A stretch of DNA of 64,000 bases, taken from assembly GCA_947478395.1 (NCBI GenBank), contig CANJVR010000001.1, forward strand, positions 736,001-800,000, read 5' to 3'. The DNA is from Opitutia bacterium (GTDB lineage Bacteria; Verrucomicrobiota; Verrucomicrobiia; Opitutales; Opitutaceae). Shown in pieces: positions 24,514 to 34,346 of the stretch. Under the pieces are notes generated by a model that had not been told where the DNA came from, did no database searches, and was given only the letters and a program-made list of their open reading frames with translations. The position numbers and the translations under genes were made by a program. Every line of letters starts with the position of its first letter. Positions within the stretch are counted from its first letter, which is position 1.

Positions 24514-25500
24514 ATGGCCTACGGCTCACCGCTTCAGCGCACTGCGGGCTACAAGCCCGCCCTCTCGGCCTTTGCCGTGCTGGGCAGCGCGTGGGTCTTT
24601 GTGTTGGTCGTGCTCGGGGCGTTCACCACGAGTATCGGCGCGGGCATGGCGTTTCCCGACTGGCCGCTGTCGAACGGCTCCCTCAACCCCATCGGTTGGC
24701 TCGACAATCTCGCCATGTTCGCCGAGCACTCCCACCGGCTGAGCGCCGGGCTGATGAGCATCATCACGCTCGTGCTCGCGATCTGGCTCTGGCGCACCGA
24801 GGAACGTGCATGGCTGCGGAAACTTGCGGTCTTCGCCTTCGGGCTCGTGATCGCGCAAGCCGTCGTCGGCGGCATGCGCGTCCTGTTCGATCCGGTGAAA
24901 ATCGCCAGCGGTGAGACCAGCGTCGGCCGGCTTTTCGCCATGCTGCATGCGTGCCTCGCGCAGCTCTTCGTCTGCACCTTGATTGCGATCGCACTGGCCT
25001 GCACGCGCGGCTGGATCGAACGTCCCGCCGCGGTGAGCGCAGGATTGCGCCGCGCCGGTGTGATCTGCTGCGGCCTGCTTTTCGCCCAGCTCGGGATCGC
25101 CGCGGTGATGCGTCACAGCTTCGCCGGGCTCGCTATTCCGACGTTTCCCTATTCGACCGCCGCCGGCGGACTACTGCCGCCCGAGTGGAGTTTTCACGTG
25201 GCGATCCATTTTGCCCACCGCGTGATGGCGCTCATCCTTACGGTCTCGCTCGTGTGGTTTGCCGTGAAGATCTGGAGGGATCGCGGCACGTCCCTGCTCA
25301 TGCGCTGCGGCGCGTCGTGGCTCGTGAGTCTGCTGGCGTTTCAACTTCTGCTCGGGGCGTGGATCATCTGGAGCCGGCGGGCGGCGACGATGACCACCGG
25401 ACACGTGCTCGTGGGCGCCGCGACGCTCGCCACCGCTTTTTCGCTCACATGGCTCGCTCATCGTGATCCGATCGAAGAGCCTAAACTCCATGACCGCTGA
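24514..25500 (+). CDS. ctaA: Heme A synthase (COX15/CtaA family)
   Basis: GAGMAFPDWP, EHSHR, QAVVGG, HACLAQ, HFAHR, HVLVG; about 8 TM segments. Confidence 0.88.
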   Translation: MAYGSPLQRTAGYKPALSAFAVLGSAWVFVLVVLGAFTTSIGAGMAFPDWPLSNGSLNPIGWLDNLAMFAEHSHRLSAGLMSIITLVLAIWLWRTEERAWLRKLAVFAFGLVIAQAVVGGMRVLFDPVKIASGETSVGRLFAMLHACLAQLFVCTLIAIALACTRGWIERPAAVSAGLRRAGVICCGLLFAQLGIAAVMRHSFAGLAIPTFPYSTAAGGLLPPEWSFHVAIHFAHRVMALILTVSLVWFAVKIWRDRGTSLLMRCGASWLVSLLAFQLLLGAWIIWSRRAATMTTGHVLVGAATLATAFSLTWLAHRDPIEEPKLHDR

Positions 25501-26383
25501 AACCACCGTAGCGCCCGTCGCGGCCAAGCTCAGCGATTACCTCGAGCTAACCAAGCCGCGGCTCAGCCTGCTCTCCGTGCTTACGGCCCTGGTCGGGTAT
25601 CTGGCGGCGCGGCCCGAGTCCAATTCCCTGCGCCTGATCCTCGTGGCCATCGGCACCTCCCTCGCGGCTGGCGGCGTGGCCACCCTCAACCAATGGATGG
25701 AGAGCGATACCGATGCGCAGATGAAACGCACCGCCGACCGACCGATTCCGACCGGCAAAATCCCGACCGGGTCCGCGTTCGTCTTGGGCTGGCTGATGTG
25801 CCTCGCGGCGTTATTTCTATTTTTCGCGAAGGTGAACTATCTGTCGGCGCTGTTCACCCTGCTGACGATCATTGCGTATCTCGGCTGGTATACCCCGGCG
25901 AAACGCTGGTCGCGGTGGAGCACAGAGATCGGTGCGATCGCGGGCGCATTTCCGCCCCTGATCGGTTGGACAGCGGCCGAGAACCGCGTGACGGCGCTCG
26001 GCGGAATTTTGTTCGGCATCCTGTTTTTCTGGCAAATCCCGCACTTCATGGCCGTCGCGTGGACCCACCGGCGCGATTATTCCGCCGTCAATTTTCCGAT
26101 GCTGCCCGTGCGCGACGAAAAAGGCGGCTGGGTGGCCGGCTGGTCCTTGGTGACGACGCTCGCTCTGATCGCGGTCAGTCTGGCCCCGTGGCTGCTCGGC
26201 CTCGCGACGGTGTGGTACGGCGCGGTCGCCATTGCCGGTGGCAGCTGGTTTCTGTGGCGCGCCGTGGTTTTTCTCCGCGCGGAAGGCCGCGACGCAGCCG
26301 CGCGAAAACTCTTTCTCTGCTCCATCGCGTATCTTCCGCTGGTCCTCGGCGCGCTGGTGGCTGACCGCATGGCGAACTTCTGA
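25490..26383 (+). CDS. ctaB: Protoheme IX farnesyltransferase (heme O synthase)
   Basis: LTKPR, NQWMESDTDAQMKRTADRP, YTPAKR, WQIPHF, DY. Confidence 0.95.
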   Translation: MTAETTVAPVAAKLSDYLELTKPRLSLLSVLTALVGYLAARPESNSLRLILVAIGTSLAAGGVATLNQWMESDTDAQMKRTADRPIPTGKIPTGSAFVLGWLMCLAALFLFFAKVNYLSALFTLLTIIAYLGWYTPAKRWSRWSTEIGAIAGAFPPLIGWTAAENRVTALGGILFGILFFWQIPHFMAVAWTHRRDYSAVNFPMLPVRDEKGGWVAGWSLVTTLALIAVSLAPWLLGLATVWYGAVAIAGGSWFLWRAVVFLRAEGRDAAARKLFLCSIAYLPLVLGALVADRMANF

Positions 26384-26492
26384 CCCGGAAATTCTCACCG
26401 CGGGTCCAGAGGAAACGAAGCGACCACGGCCCTGACCCTCTCCGTTACCCTTGTTGTCTGCTTTAAGAATCCGAAACGCATCCTCCGCCTCC

Positions 26493-26927
26493 ATGACCGT
26501 TCAAGACATTCCCGCGCTCAACGCCTCGCTCAACGCGATCGCCACGGTGCTGATTTCCGCCGGCTTCATCCTGATCAAAAGCGGACGGCGAGAAGCGCAT
26601 CGAAAGGTCATGACGACCGCGATGGTGGTCTCGGCCATTTTTCTAATCGGCTACGTGACGCACAAGATTCTCATCCGCGGGGTGCACACGCCCTTCGGCG
26701 GCGAAGGTTTCATCAAGGGCTTTTACTACACGATGCTGATCTCGCACATCATCCTCGCGATCGCCGTCGCCTACATTGTACCGCGCACGTTTCTCTACGC
26801 GATCAAAGGGGACTTCATCCGTCACAAAGCCTGGGCCCGCGTGACGTTTCCGATCTGGTTCTACGTTTCCGTCACCGGCGTGCTGGTCTATTTCTTTCTC
26901 TACCAGTGGTGGCCGGCGGCGCGCTGA
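26493..26927 (+). CDS. DUF420 membrane protein (cytochrome oxidase associated, CtaM/YozB-like)
   Basis: PALNASLN, HRKVM, LISHIILA, HKAWAR..IWFYVSVTG. Confidence 0.88.
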   Translation: MTVQDIPALNASLNAIATVLISAGFILIKSGRREAHRKVMTTAMVVSAIFLIGYVTHKILIRGVHTPFGGEGFIKGFYYTMLISHIILAIAVAYIVPRTFLYAIKGDFIRHKAWARVTFPIWFYVSVTGVLVYFFLYQWWPAAR

Positions 26928-26932
26928 GACGC

Positions 26933-27171
26933 GTAGGGCGGTGCCGCCGGTGCGATGCCATGAGCACGCGTGTTTCCGAGCGATTGAAGTAGTCGGAACG
27001 ACGCTCCCGAGCCGGCTTCGATGACGGTTCGGATCAAGATCGCGAGCCCAGCCAGCAGCAACGTTGATGCACCGGGCGCGCACCAAAGCCTTGGCCCGCA
27101 TCCAGCGACCAAAATACCGATTTTTTCGAGACTAACTGGTGGGCGGGGTATTAGGCACCGCCCGCGCTACA
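26933..27171. repeat. REP-like GTAG...CTAC pair bracketing the intergenic region
   Basis: gtagggcggtgcc at the left end and ggcaccgcccgcgctac at the right end are near-inverted. Confidence 0.45.
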
Positions 27172-27191
27172 GTCCCCAAAACAATCGAACC

Positions 27192-27698
27192 TTACTTCAC
27201 GATCAACACGCCTTTCATTCCGATTTGGAAATGGGCGGGGAAGCTGCAGAGATACGGATATTCGCCCGGCTCGGTCGGAGCCTTGAACGTCACTTCGGCG
27301 GATTTGCGGGGCCCGAGCACTTCGGAGTGAGCAATGACCTGATCCTTGAGGGCCGGCGGAATGTAATCGGTGTCCTTCGCAACCATCGCAGCCGTCGCGA
27401 ACGCCGCGAGATCGCTGCCTTTTTTGAGCAGCACCCAATTATGCCCCATGACTTCCTTCGGCGCGGTGCCGTTGTTGGAGAACACCACTTTGAGTTCTTC
27501 GCCGGCCTTGGCTTCGATCGAGGTCACGCTGAAGACCATCGTGTTGTTATCGCCGGCCGTGATTTCAATCGTGCGCGGGCCCGCGGGTTTTGCCGCAGCC
27601 GCAGGGGCCGCCGCTGACACCGTGGAATCGGACTTGCCGCAGCCAGCAACGAAAAGGACCGCGAGGGTCGAAAAAAGAAGAGCGCGTGGTTTAATCAT
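27192..27698 (-). CDS. Azurin/auracyanin-like blue copper lipoprotein
   Basis: Lipobox VAGC; MGHNWV and YLCSFPAHFQIGM type-1 copper ligands. Confidence 0.92.
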   Translation of the reverse strand: MIKPRALLFSTLAVLFVAGCGKSDSTVSAAAPAAAAKPAGPRTIEITAGDNNTMVFSVTSIEAKAGEELKVVFSNNGTAPKEVMGHNWVLLKKGSDLAAFATAAMVAKDTDYIPPALKDQVIAHSEVLGPRKSAEVTFKAPTEPGEYPYLCSFPAHFQIGMKGVLIVK

Positions 27699-28000
27699 GG
27701 TCGGCGACGTTCAACGCGCACCCCGCCGCTGGCAAACCTGAAGACCTGAAAAGAAGCGCGACGCGCGGCCGGAAGGAGTTTTGCTGATGAGGCATCGGCC
27801 GGCCGCGATCTTTAGTAAATGTGAAGGACGCTCCGGCGCTGGCGAGCGAGCTGACCTACCTCGATTTCAGCGCGCCTCGTTAGAGCTAGCGCCGCCGAAC
27901 TGTCCGCGGTTCACCGCGCGTTGCGAGGAATCGACGCGACGCCCAAACCGTCCTGCCCATCGCCAGAATCGCCCTCCGTCTGGATCGAACCGCTTTCCCC

Positions 28001-30691
28001 ATGTTTTTGCCCCGCCTGACTCTGCGCTCAATTCGCGTCGCGCCCTTACTCGCTCTCCTCGCGGCCCCGGTCCTCGCCGCCGACGCACCCGTTGCCCTCC
28101 ACTGGCTCGGCGGTGCCGCTCCCGCCACCGATGCTGTCGTGAGCTGGGGCGTGCCGTGGCCGAAGGGGAAAATCCAGAAGTCCGACGCCCTCGCCCTCCG
28201 CTCCGCCGACGGCAAATCGCTGCCCGTTCAAACCTGGCCGATGGCGTATTGGCCCGACGGCTCACTTAAATGGACCGGCCACGCGGCCAGCCTCGACGCA
28301 AATCTCAACGGCCCATTCACAATCACTCCGGGTCAACCCGCCGCTGCGGCGGCGCGCGTCACCGCCAGCGAGGACGCTAACAGCATCACAATCGACACGG
28401 GCGGCGTGCGCGCTCGTTTGCTGAAACAGGGCAACGCCATCGTCGATTCGCTCACTGTCGCCAATCAGGTCGTCGCCCAAAACGGCCAGCTCATCGTGCG
28501 CCGTGAAGATCGCTCCGCGTACACGACCCAAGGGATCATTCGCGAAGAAGCGTTCAACGGTCGCGTGACCAAGCTCACGCTGGAACAATCCGGCCCGGTC
28601 CGCGCCGTCGTAAAAATCGAAGGCGTGCATCGCGCCCTGACCGGCCCGCGCGAATGGCTGCCGTTTACGCTTCGCCTTTATTTCTTCGCGGGCTCCGGCC
28701 AGATCCGCGTCGTCCATTCTTGGATTTTCGACGGCGACGCCGCGACCGATTTTATCAAGGGCCTCGGCCTCGCGTTCGACGTGCCGTTCCGCGAGGAACT
28801 GCACAACCGCCACCTCCGTTTCGTCGGCGATGGCGACGGCGTGTGGGCTCAGCCCGTCCGCATGTTGCCGGGTTATCGCACCCAAACCGGCCAAGAAATC
28901 GCCACGCTCTCCCCGCCGCACCTCGCCGGCCAGCGCGTGCCGAATGTCGCCAATCTTTCCGCCGGCTCGCAGGCCGCGCTGCAAACCATGCCGATTTGGG
29001 GCGACGCCAAACTCACGCAGCTCGGGCCCAATAGTTTTTCCATCCACAAACGCACCACCGAAGCCGGCGCATGGCTTCACGTCACCGATGGCCATCGCGC
29101 CCGCGGCCTCGCGTTGATCGGAGATGTGTCAGGCGGCATCGCCGTCGCGTTGAAAAATTTCTGGCAGAAATATCCCTCGTCCATCGAGCTCACCGGCGGC
29201 GCTCAACCCGTGGGCCAGATCAAATTATGGTTCTGGTCGCCCGCGGCCGACGCGATGGATCTGCGGCATTACGACACCGGGCCGCACGGTCTCTCCACGA
29301 ACTACGAAGATTGGAAACCCGGCTGGTCCACGCCACTCGGCGTAGCCAACACCAGCGATCTGACCCTCTGGGCCTTCGGCGCGATTCCGGCCAACGAGCA
29401 GCTCGTCGCAATGGCGCAAACCGCGAGCGAGCCGCCGATGTTGGTCTGCACGCCGGAATATTATCACGCCCAAACGGTCTTCGGCCACTGGGCCCTCCCC
29501 AATCGCACGTCCCCGGCCGCCCGCTGGGTTGAGGATCAGGTGAACGGTCTCGTGGATTTCTACCGCAAGCAGGTCGACGAACGCTCGTGGTACGGCTTCT
29601 GGGATTTCGGCGATATCATGCACAACTACGATTTCGGCCGGCACGAGTGGCGCTACGACGTCGGCGGCTGGGCGTGGGCCAATACCGAGCTCATGCCCGA
29701 CATGGTGCTGTGGTACACATTTCTCCGCAGCGGCCGCTCCGATATTTTCCGCATGGCCGAGGCGATGACACGCCAGACGAGCGAGGTCGACGTGCATCAC
29801 ATCGGGCCGTTCGCACCACTCGGCTCGCGGCACAACGTCAGCCACTGGGGCGACGGCGCGAAGCAACCGCGCATCAGCCACGCGGGGCTGAAACAATTTT
29901 ATTATTTTCTCACCACCGATGAGCGCGTCGGCGATTTGATGCGCGAGCAGATCGACGCCGATCTGACATTCTCGTATCTGCAGCAATTCAACGGCTCCCA
30001 TTACGTACCCAACGCCGATGGCAGCCCGCGGCTCGACGCGCGCGCCAATCCTGCGCCGCGACCTGAGCAATTTGCCGCACGGCCCACGACGCATGTGGTC
30101 TCCACCCAGCTCAACCTCGAGTGGATGTGTTACGCAATGAACTGGGCGATGGAAGCGCAGCGCACCGGCGAACCGCTTTGGCACGACCGCATCACGGCCG
30201 ACATGCGCACGATGGCGGCGAAGATCGGACCCGATGGACAATTACCCGGCCGCTATTTCGACATGCTCTTTGGTGGGCCGGAAAACATGTTCGAACTCGA
30301 GCCGATGTTCGACGTCCCCGCATTCTGGAACGGCTGGGTCGCCGCAACCGCGGCGATCGGCCGGCAGGTGAACGGCGGCCAAATGACCGCGCCCCGTCTC
30401 CTTGCGTACGCCGCGCATGCGAAGAACGACAAAGCCCTCGGTCTGCTCGCGTGGGAAAAACTCATCGGCAATTCGCTCCCGCCGCTCAACACGCCCGCCC
30501 GCATCGCAAACGCGAATGTGGTGAAGCCAGTGACGGATCCGTCCTTTATCGGCGATCCGGTGGGCTGGCAGTTGCACGGCGTCGCGAGCATTCATTGGGC
30601 GCTCAACGCCCTCGAAACCCTCGACCTCGCCGGCCCTTGGCTGGCTGACTGGGAAGCCGCGCATCTCGACTTAAAAAAGGTAGCGCCATGA
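28001..30691 (+). CDS. Exo-rhamnogalacturonan lyase, PL26 (PcRGLX/YetA-like)
   Basis: Signal peptide; WGVPW, YWPDGSLKW, WYGFWDFGDIMHNYD..RHEWRYDVGGWAW, GSRHNVSHWG. Confidence 0.8.
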   Translation: MFLPRLTLRSIRVAPLLALLAAPVLAADAPVALHWLGGAAPATDAVVSWGVPWPKGKIQKSDALALRSADGKSLPVQTWPMAYWPDGSLKWTGHAASLDANLNGPFTITPGQPAAAAARVTASEDANSITIDTGGVRARLLKQGNAIVDSLTVANQVVAQNGQLIVRREDRSAYTTQGIIREEAFNGRVTKLTLEQSGPVRAVVKIEGVHRALTGPREWLPFTLRLYFFAGSGQIRVVHSWIFDGDAATDFIKGLGLAFDVPFREELHNRHLRFVGDGDGVWAQPVRMLPGYRTQTGQEIATLSPPHLAGQRVPNVANLSAGSQAALQTMPIWGDAKLTQLGPNSFSIHKRTTEAGAWLHVTDGHRARGLALIGDVSGGIAVALKNFWQKYPSSIELTGGAQPVGQIKLWFWSPAADAMDLRHYDTGPHGLSTNYEDWKPGWSTPLGVANTSDLTLWAFGAIPANEQLVAMAQTASEPPMLVCTPEYYHAQTVFGHWALPNRTSPAARWVEDQVNGLVDFYRKQVDERSWYGFWDFGDIMHNYDFGRHEWRYDVGGWAWANTELMPDMVLWYTFLRSGRSDIFRMAEAMTRQTSEVDVHHIGPFAPLGSRHNVSHWGDGAKQPRISHAGLKQFYYFLTTDERVGDLMREQIDADLTFSYLQQFNGSHYVPNADGSPRLDARANPAPRPEQFAARPTTHVVSTQLNLEWMCYAMNWAMEAQRTGEPLWHDRITADMRTMAAKIGPDGQLPGRYFDMLFGGPENMFELEPMFDVPAFWNGWVAATAAIGRQVNGGQMTAPRLLAYAAHAKNDKALGLLAWEKLIGNSLPPLNTPARIANANVVKPVTDPSFIGDPVGWQLHGVASIHWALNALETLDLAGPWLADWEAAHLDLKKVAP

Positions 30692-30834
30692 ATTTTTCTG
30701 ACCTCTCCGAGGCCACGTGGGTTAACCCTAACCCGCCGCATGCGACAACGCCGGAGCTTCATAGCCACGTCCCACCGGCGCGCTAGAGGCCACGCGCCCT
30801 GCCTTCGATCCCATCCCGCCGCACAATCTCCCGC

Positions 30835-32769
30835 ATGAAATTCACCTCCATCCTCTCTCCATCCGCTCTCTTTCTCGCCTTCGCGCTCTCCGCGAGCGCG
30901 GCTACCCTCCCACCTCGCCAGATGGAAAATCTCGGGCGTGGCGTAGTCGCGATGAAACAGCCCGATGGGAAAATTTTTGTGAGCTGGCGACTCCTCGGTA
31001 CGGAGCCGGAGGCCATTTCGTTCAACCTTTACCGTGCGGTCGCCGGCGGCGCGCCCGTGAAACTCAACGCCAGCCCGATCACGAGCTCCACCAATTACAC
31101 CGACACGCCCGCCGACGCTGCGCAGGAACTCCACTACACCGTCCGCCCCATCCTCGACGGCAAAGAGGGCGCACCCAGCCAGCCATTCCTCGGCCACATC
31201 GCGGCCAATGCCCCCGCCCGTCAATATATCGAAGTGCCGCTGAGCCTGCCCGCCGGCACATCGCCCAATGACGCCTCGGTCGGCGATCTCGATGGCGACG
31301 GCGAATACGACATCGTGCTCAAATCCGAGCAGCGCCCGCGCGATACCGCTTCCACCGGCCTCACTGGCGAAACCCTTCTTCAAGGTTACAAAGTCGACGG
31401 CACACTCCTGTGGACGATCAACCTCGGTAAAAATATTCGCGAGGGCGCCCATGACACCCAGTTCATGGTTTACGATCTCGATGGCGACGGCATCGCCGAG
31501 GTCGCCTGTCGCACGGCCGACGGCACCATCGACGGCCTGGGCAAAGTCATCGGCGATGCCAAGGCCGACTGGCGCGACACGATGCAGGGCTCGCGCACGT
31601 TTGGCCGCATCGTGACCGGGCCGGAATATTTCACAATTTTCTCCGGCCGCACCGGCGCAGCCCTCGCTACCGCCGGATATATTCCGGAGCGGGGCAATCT
31701 CGGCGGCTGGGGCGGCATCGGCGGCAACGGCGGCAACGACAATGCCGGCAATCGTGCCAATCGTTTTCTCGCCTGCATCGCCTATCTCGACGGCGTACAC
31801 CCGAGCGTCGTGATGTGCCGCGGCTACTACGGCCGCAGCGTCCTCGCCGCGTGGGACTGGCGGGGCGGCAAGCTCACCTCGCGCTGGGTGTTCGATTCCG
31901 AGGCGCCCGGCACCGGCAAAGACGGTAAGCCTAACCACGATTACAGCGGCATGGGCTCGCACGGCATCAGCGTCGCCGACGTCGATGGCGACGGACGCGA
32001 CGAAATCGTTTATCACTCCATGGTCGTCGACGATGACGGACGCGGTCTCTTCACCACCGGCCTCCGGCACGGAGACGCGCTGCACGTCGGCGATCTCGAT
32101 CCCACGCGACCCGGCCTGGAAGTTTTCGGGATTCATGAGAACGAAAACGAAACGGCGAAACTCGGCACGCCCGGTACCGCGTGCTACGATGCACGCACCG
32201 GCGAAGTCATCTGGAGCGACGGCCCCGGCGTCGACGTGGGCCGCGGACTTTCGGCCGACATCGATCCGCGTCATCCCGGCGAGGAAATGTGGAGCGGGCC
32301 CGCCGGACTGCGCACGGCCAAAGGCGAAAAAATCGGCCCCGCGCCCCGCTCGCAAAACTTCGCGATCTGGTGGGACGGCGATTTGCTACGCGAAATTTTG
32401 GACAAGAATGTCGTTTCGAAATGGGACTGGGAAAAAGGCGCGCTCGATTCGATTTTCACCGCCGCGGACTGCACGTCGAACAACGGTTCGAAATCCACCC
32501 CCGCCCTCAGCGCCGATCTTTTCGGCGACTGGCGCGAGGAAATCATCCTGCGCACCACCGACAACAAAGCGCTGCGCATTTTCACAACCACGATTCCTAC
32601 GACCCACCGTCTGCCCACGTTGATGCACGATCCCCAGTACCGGCTCTCGATCGCCTGGCAAAACGTCGCCTACAACCAACCTCCGCATCCGGGCTTTTTT
32701 CTTGGGAACGGAATGACGGCGCCGCCCCGGCCGAACATCACGCTCATCCCGCGTCCCACGGCAAAATAA
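30835..32769 (+). CDS. Rhamnogalacturonan endolyase, PL11 (YesW-like)
   Basis: RQMENLGRGVVA, GDLDGDGEY, GAHDTQF, HGDALH, NNGSKSTP, LMHDPQYR..AWQNVAYNQPPH. Confidence 0.93.
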   Translation: MKFTSILSPSALFLAFALSASAATLPPRQMENLGRGVVAMKQPDGKIFVSWRLLGTEPEAISFNLYRAVAGGAPVKLNASPITSSTNYTDTPADAAQELHYTVRPILDGKEGAPSQPFLGHIAANAPARQYIEVPLSLPAGTSPNDASVGDLDGDGEYDIVLKSEQRPRDTASTGLTGETLLQGYKVDGTLLWTINLGKNIREGAHDTQFMVYDLDGDGIAEVACRTADGTIDGLGKVIGDAKADWRDTMQGSRTFGRIVTGPEYFTIFSGRTGAALATAGYIPERGNLGGWGGIGGNGGNDNAGNRANRFLACIAYLDGVHPSVVMCRGYYGRSVLAAWDWRGGKLTSRWVFDSEAPGTGKDGKPNHDYSGMGSHGISVADVDGDGRDEIVYHSMVVDDDGRGLFTTGLRHGDALHVGDLDPTRPGLEVFGIHENENETAKLGTPGTACYDARTGEVIWSDGPGVDVGRGLSADIDPRHPGEEMWSGPAGLRTAKGEKIGPAPRSQNFAIWWDGDLLREILDKNVVSKWDWEKGALDSIFTAADCTSNNGSKSTPALSADLFGDWREEIILRTTDNKALRIFTTTIPTTHRLPTLMHDPQYRLSIAWQNVAYNQPPHPGFFLGNGMTAPPRPNITLIPRPTAK

Positions 32770-32793
32770 ACGATTAACTTTCCCCTTCGTCTC

Positions 32794-34098
32794 ATGAAAA
32801 AACATTGGTTCGTTGTTTCCCTGCTTCTGATTTCCCTGCGCGCGGCTGATCCCGCGCCCACGCCGGCCCCCGCGACTGCCTTCGCCTTCACGTTCGGACC
32901 GGCGGCGGCGGGCAAAACCAATATCGCGCCCGGGATGGAATACAGCGCCGAGCGCGGCTACGGCTTCGATCTCGGGACCGCGCCCACGGTGAAAACGGGC
33001 AAAGATTCGATCACGAGCGACCAGCCGTTTTTCTTTTCGGTGAAAGTGCCGGAAGGAAATTACCGCGTCACCGTCGCCCTCGGCGATGGCACCGCCGAAT
33101 CTCTTACCACCATCAAGGCCGAAACACGCCGGCTGATGGTGGAACAACTCGCGACAAAAGCGGGCGAGACCGCAACCCGCACGTTCATCGTCAACGTCCG
33201 CGATAGCCACGTCCCGCCGCCACCTCTCAACGCGCCCGGCGGCAATGCCGTCCGGCTCAACGACCGCGAAGCGGGCGTCCTGCATTGGGACGACAAGCTC
33301 ACCTTCGAGTTCAATGGCACGCATCCTTCGGTCCGCTCGCTGGAAATTGCGCGCGTCGAGGATGTGATCACGGTTTTCCTCGCGGGCGATTCGACGGTCA
33401 CCGATCAACCGCGCGAGCCGGGCGCAAGTTGGGGGCAGATGTTGCCGCGGTTTTTCAAGTCCAACGTCGCCATCGCGAACCACGCCGAATCGGGCGAAAC
33501 GATGAAATCGTTCATCACCGGTCTGCGCCTCGATAAAATCCTCAGCCAGGTAAAAGCCGGCGACTGGCTGCTGATCCAGTTCGGTCACAACGATGAGAAA
33601 GCGTCATGGCCGCAGACGTATGTCGAAGCCGCCACGACCTACCAGAGTTACCTGAAAGTTTTCGTCGCCGAGGCGAAGCGCCGCGGCGTGACGCCAGTCC
33701 TGATCAGTCCCGTGCAGCGCCGTAATTTCGACGACGCCGGGAAAATCAAAAACACGCACGGCGACTATCCCGCCGCCGTCCGGCAGGTCGCGCAGGAAAC
33801 CGGCGTGGCCTACATCGATCTGGCCGCGATGAGCGCGAGACTCTACGAGGCCCTCGGGCCGGAGAAATCTCCGCTCGCATTTTCCAACGGCGGCCGTGAC
33901 GCCACGCACCACGACAACTACGGCGCCTACGAAATCGCGAAGTGCGTGGTCGAAGGCCTCCGCGCGAATAAAACCGAACTCGCGAAATCGGTCATCGACG
34001 GTTTGCCGGCCTTTGACCCTGCGCACCCCGATTCGCCCGATGCCTTCGCGGTGCCGGCCAGCCCGGGCCGCTCGAACCAAGCGCCCCGCGGAAATTAA
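32794..34098 (+). CDS. Rhamnogalacturonan acetylesterase, CE12 (SGNH)
   Basis: LAGDSTV, SWGQML, NHAESG, QFGHND, DATH catalytic blocks. Confidence 0.9.
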   Translation: MKKHWFVVSLLLISLRAADPAPTPAPATAFAFTFGPAAAGKTNIAPGMEYSAERGYGFDLGTAPTVKTGKDSITSDQPFFFSVKVPEGNYRVTVALGDGTAESLTTIKAETRRLMVEQLATKAGETATRTFIVNVRDSHVPPPPLNAPGGNAVRLNDREAGVLHWDDKLTFEFNGTHPSVRSLEIARVEDVITVFLAGDSTVTDQPREPGASWGQMLPRFFKSNVAIANHAESGETMKSFITGLRLDKILSQVKAGDWLLIQFGHNDEKASWPQTYVEAATTYQSYLKVFVAEAKRRGVTPVLISPVQRRNFDDAGKIKNTHGDYPAAVRQVAQETGVAYIDLAAMSARLYEALGPEKSPLAFSNGGRDATHHDNYGAYEIAKCVVEGLRANKTELAKSVIDGLPAFDPAHPDSPDAFAVPASPGRSNQAPRGN

Positions 34099-34346
34099 AC
34101 CGGATCGTAATTTCAAACATAGTGAAGAACCCCGTGCAGCGCGCGGCGACGGCGTCGAACGCATCACCCATCGCAATTTCACATGAAGGAGGGCCAGCCA
34201 GTCTTCCAGCGCGACGGCCATTGATCAAAAGCACGGATTCCCGAGAAGCGGAACGCATTAGCGTTTCGCTTAAGATTCCGAAAGCCTCGTGGCTTCCGCT
34301 ACGCCTAAAAGCAACCCGCCAAAATTTTAACGTCCCACCACTTCCT

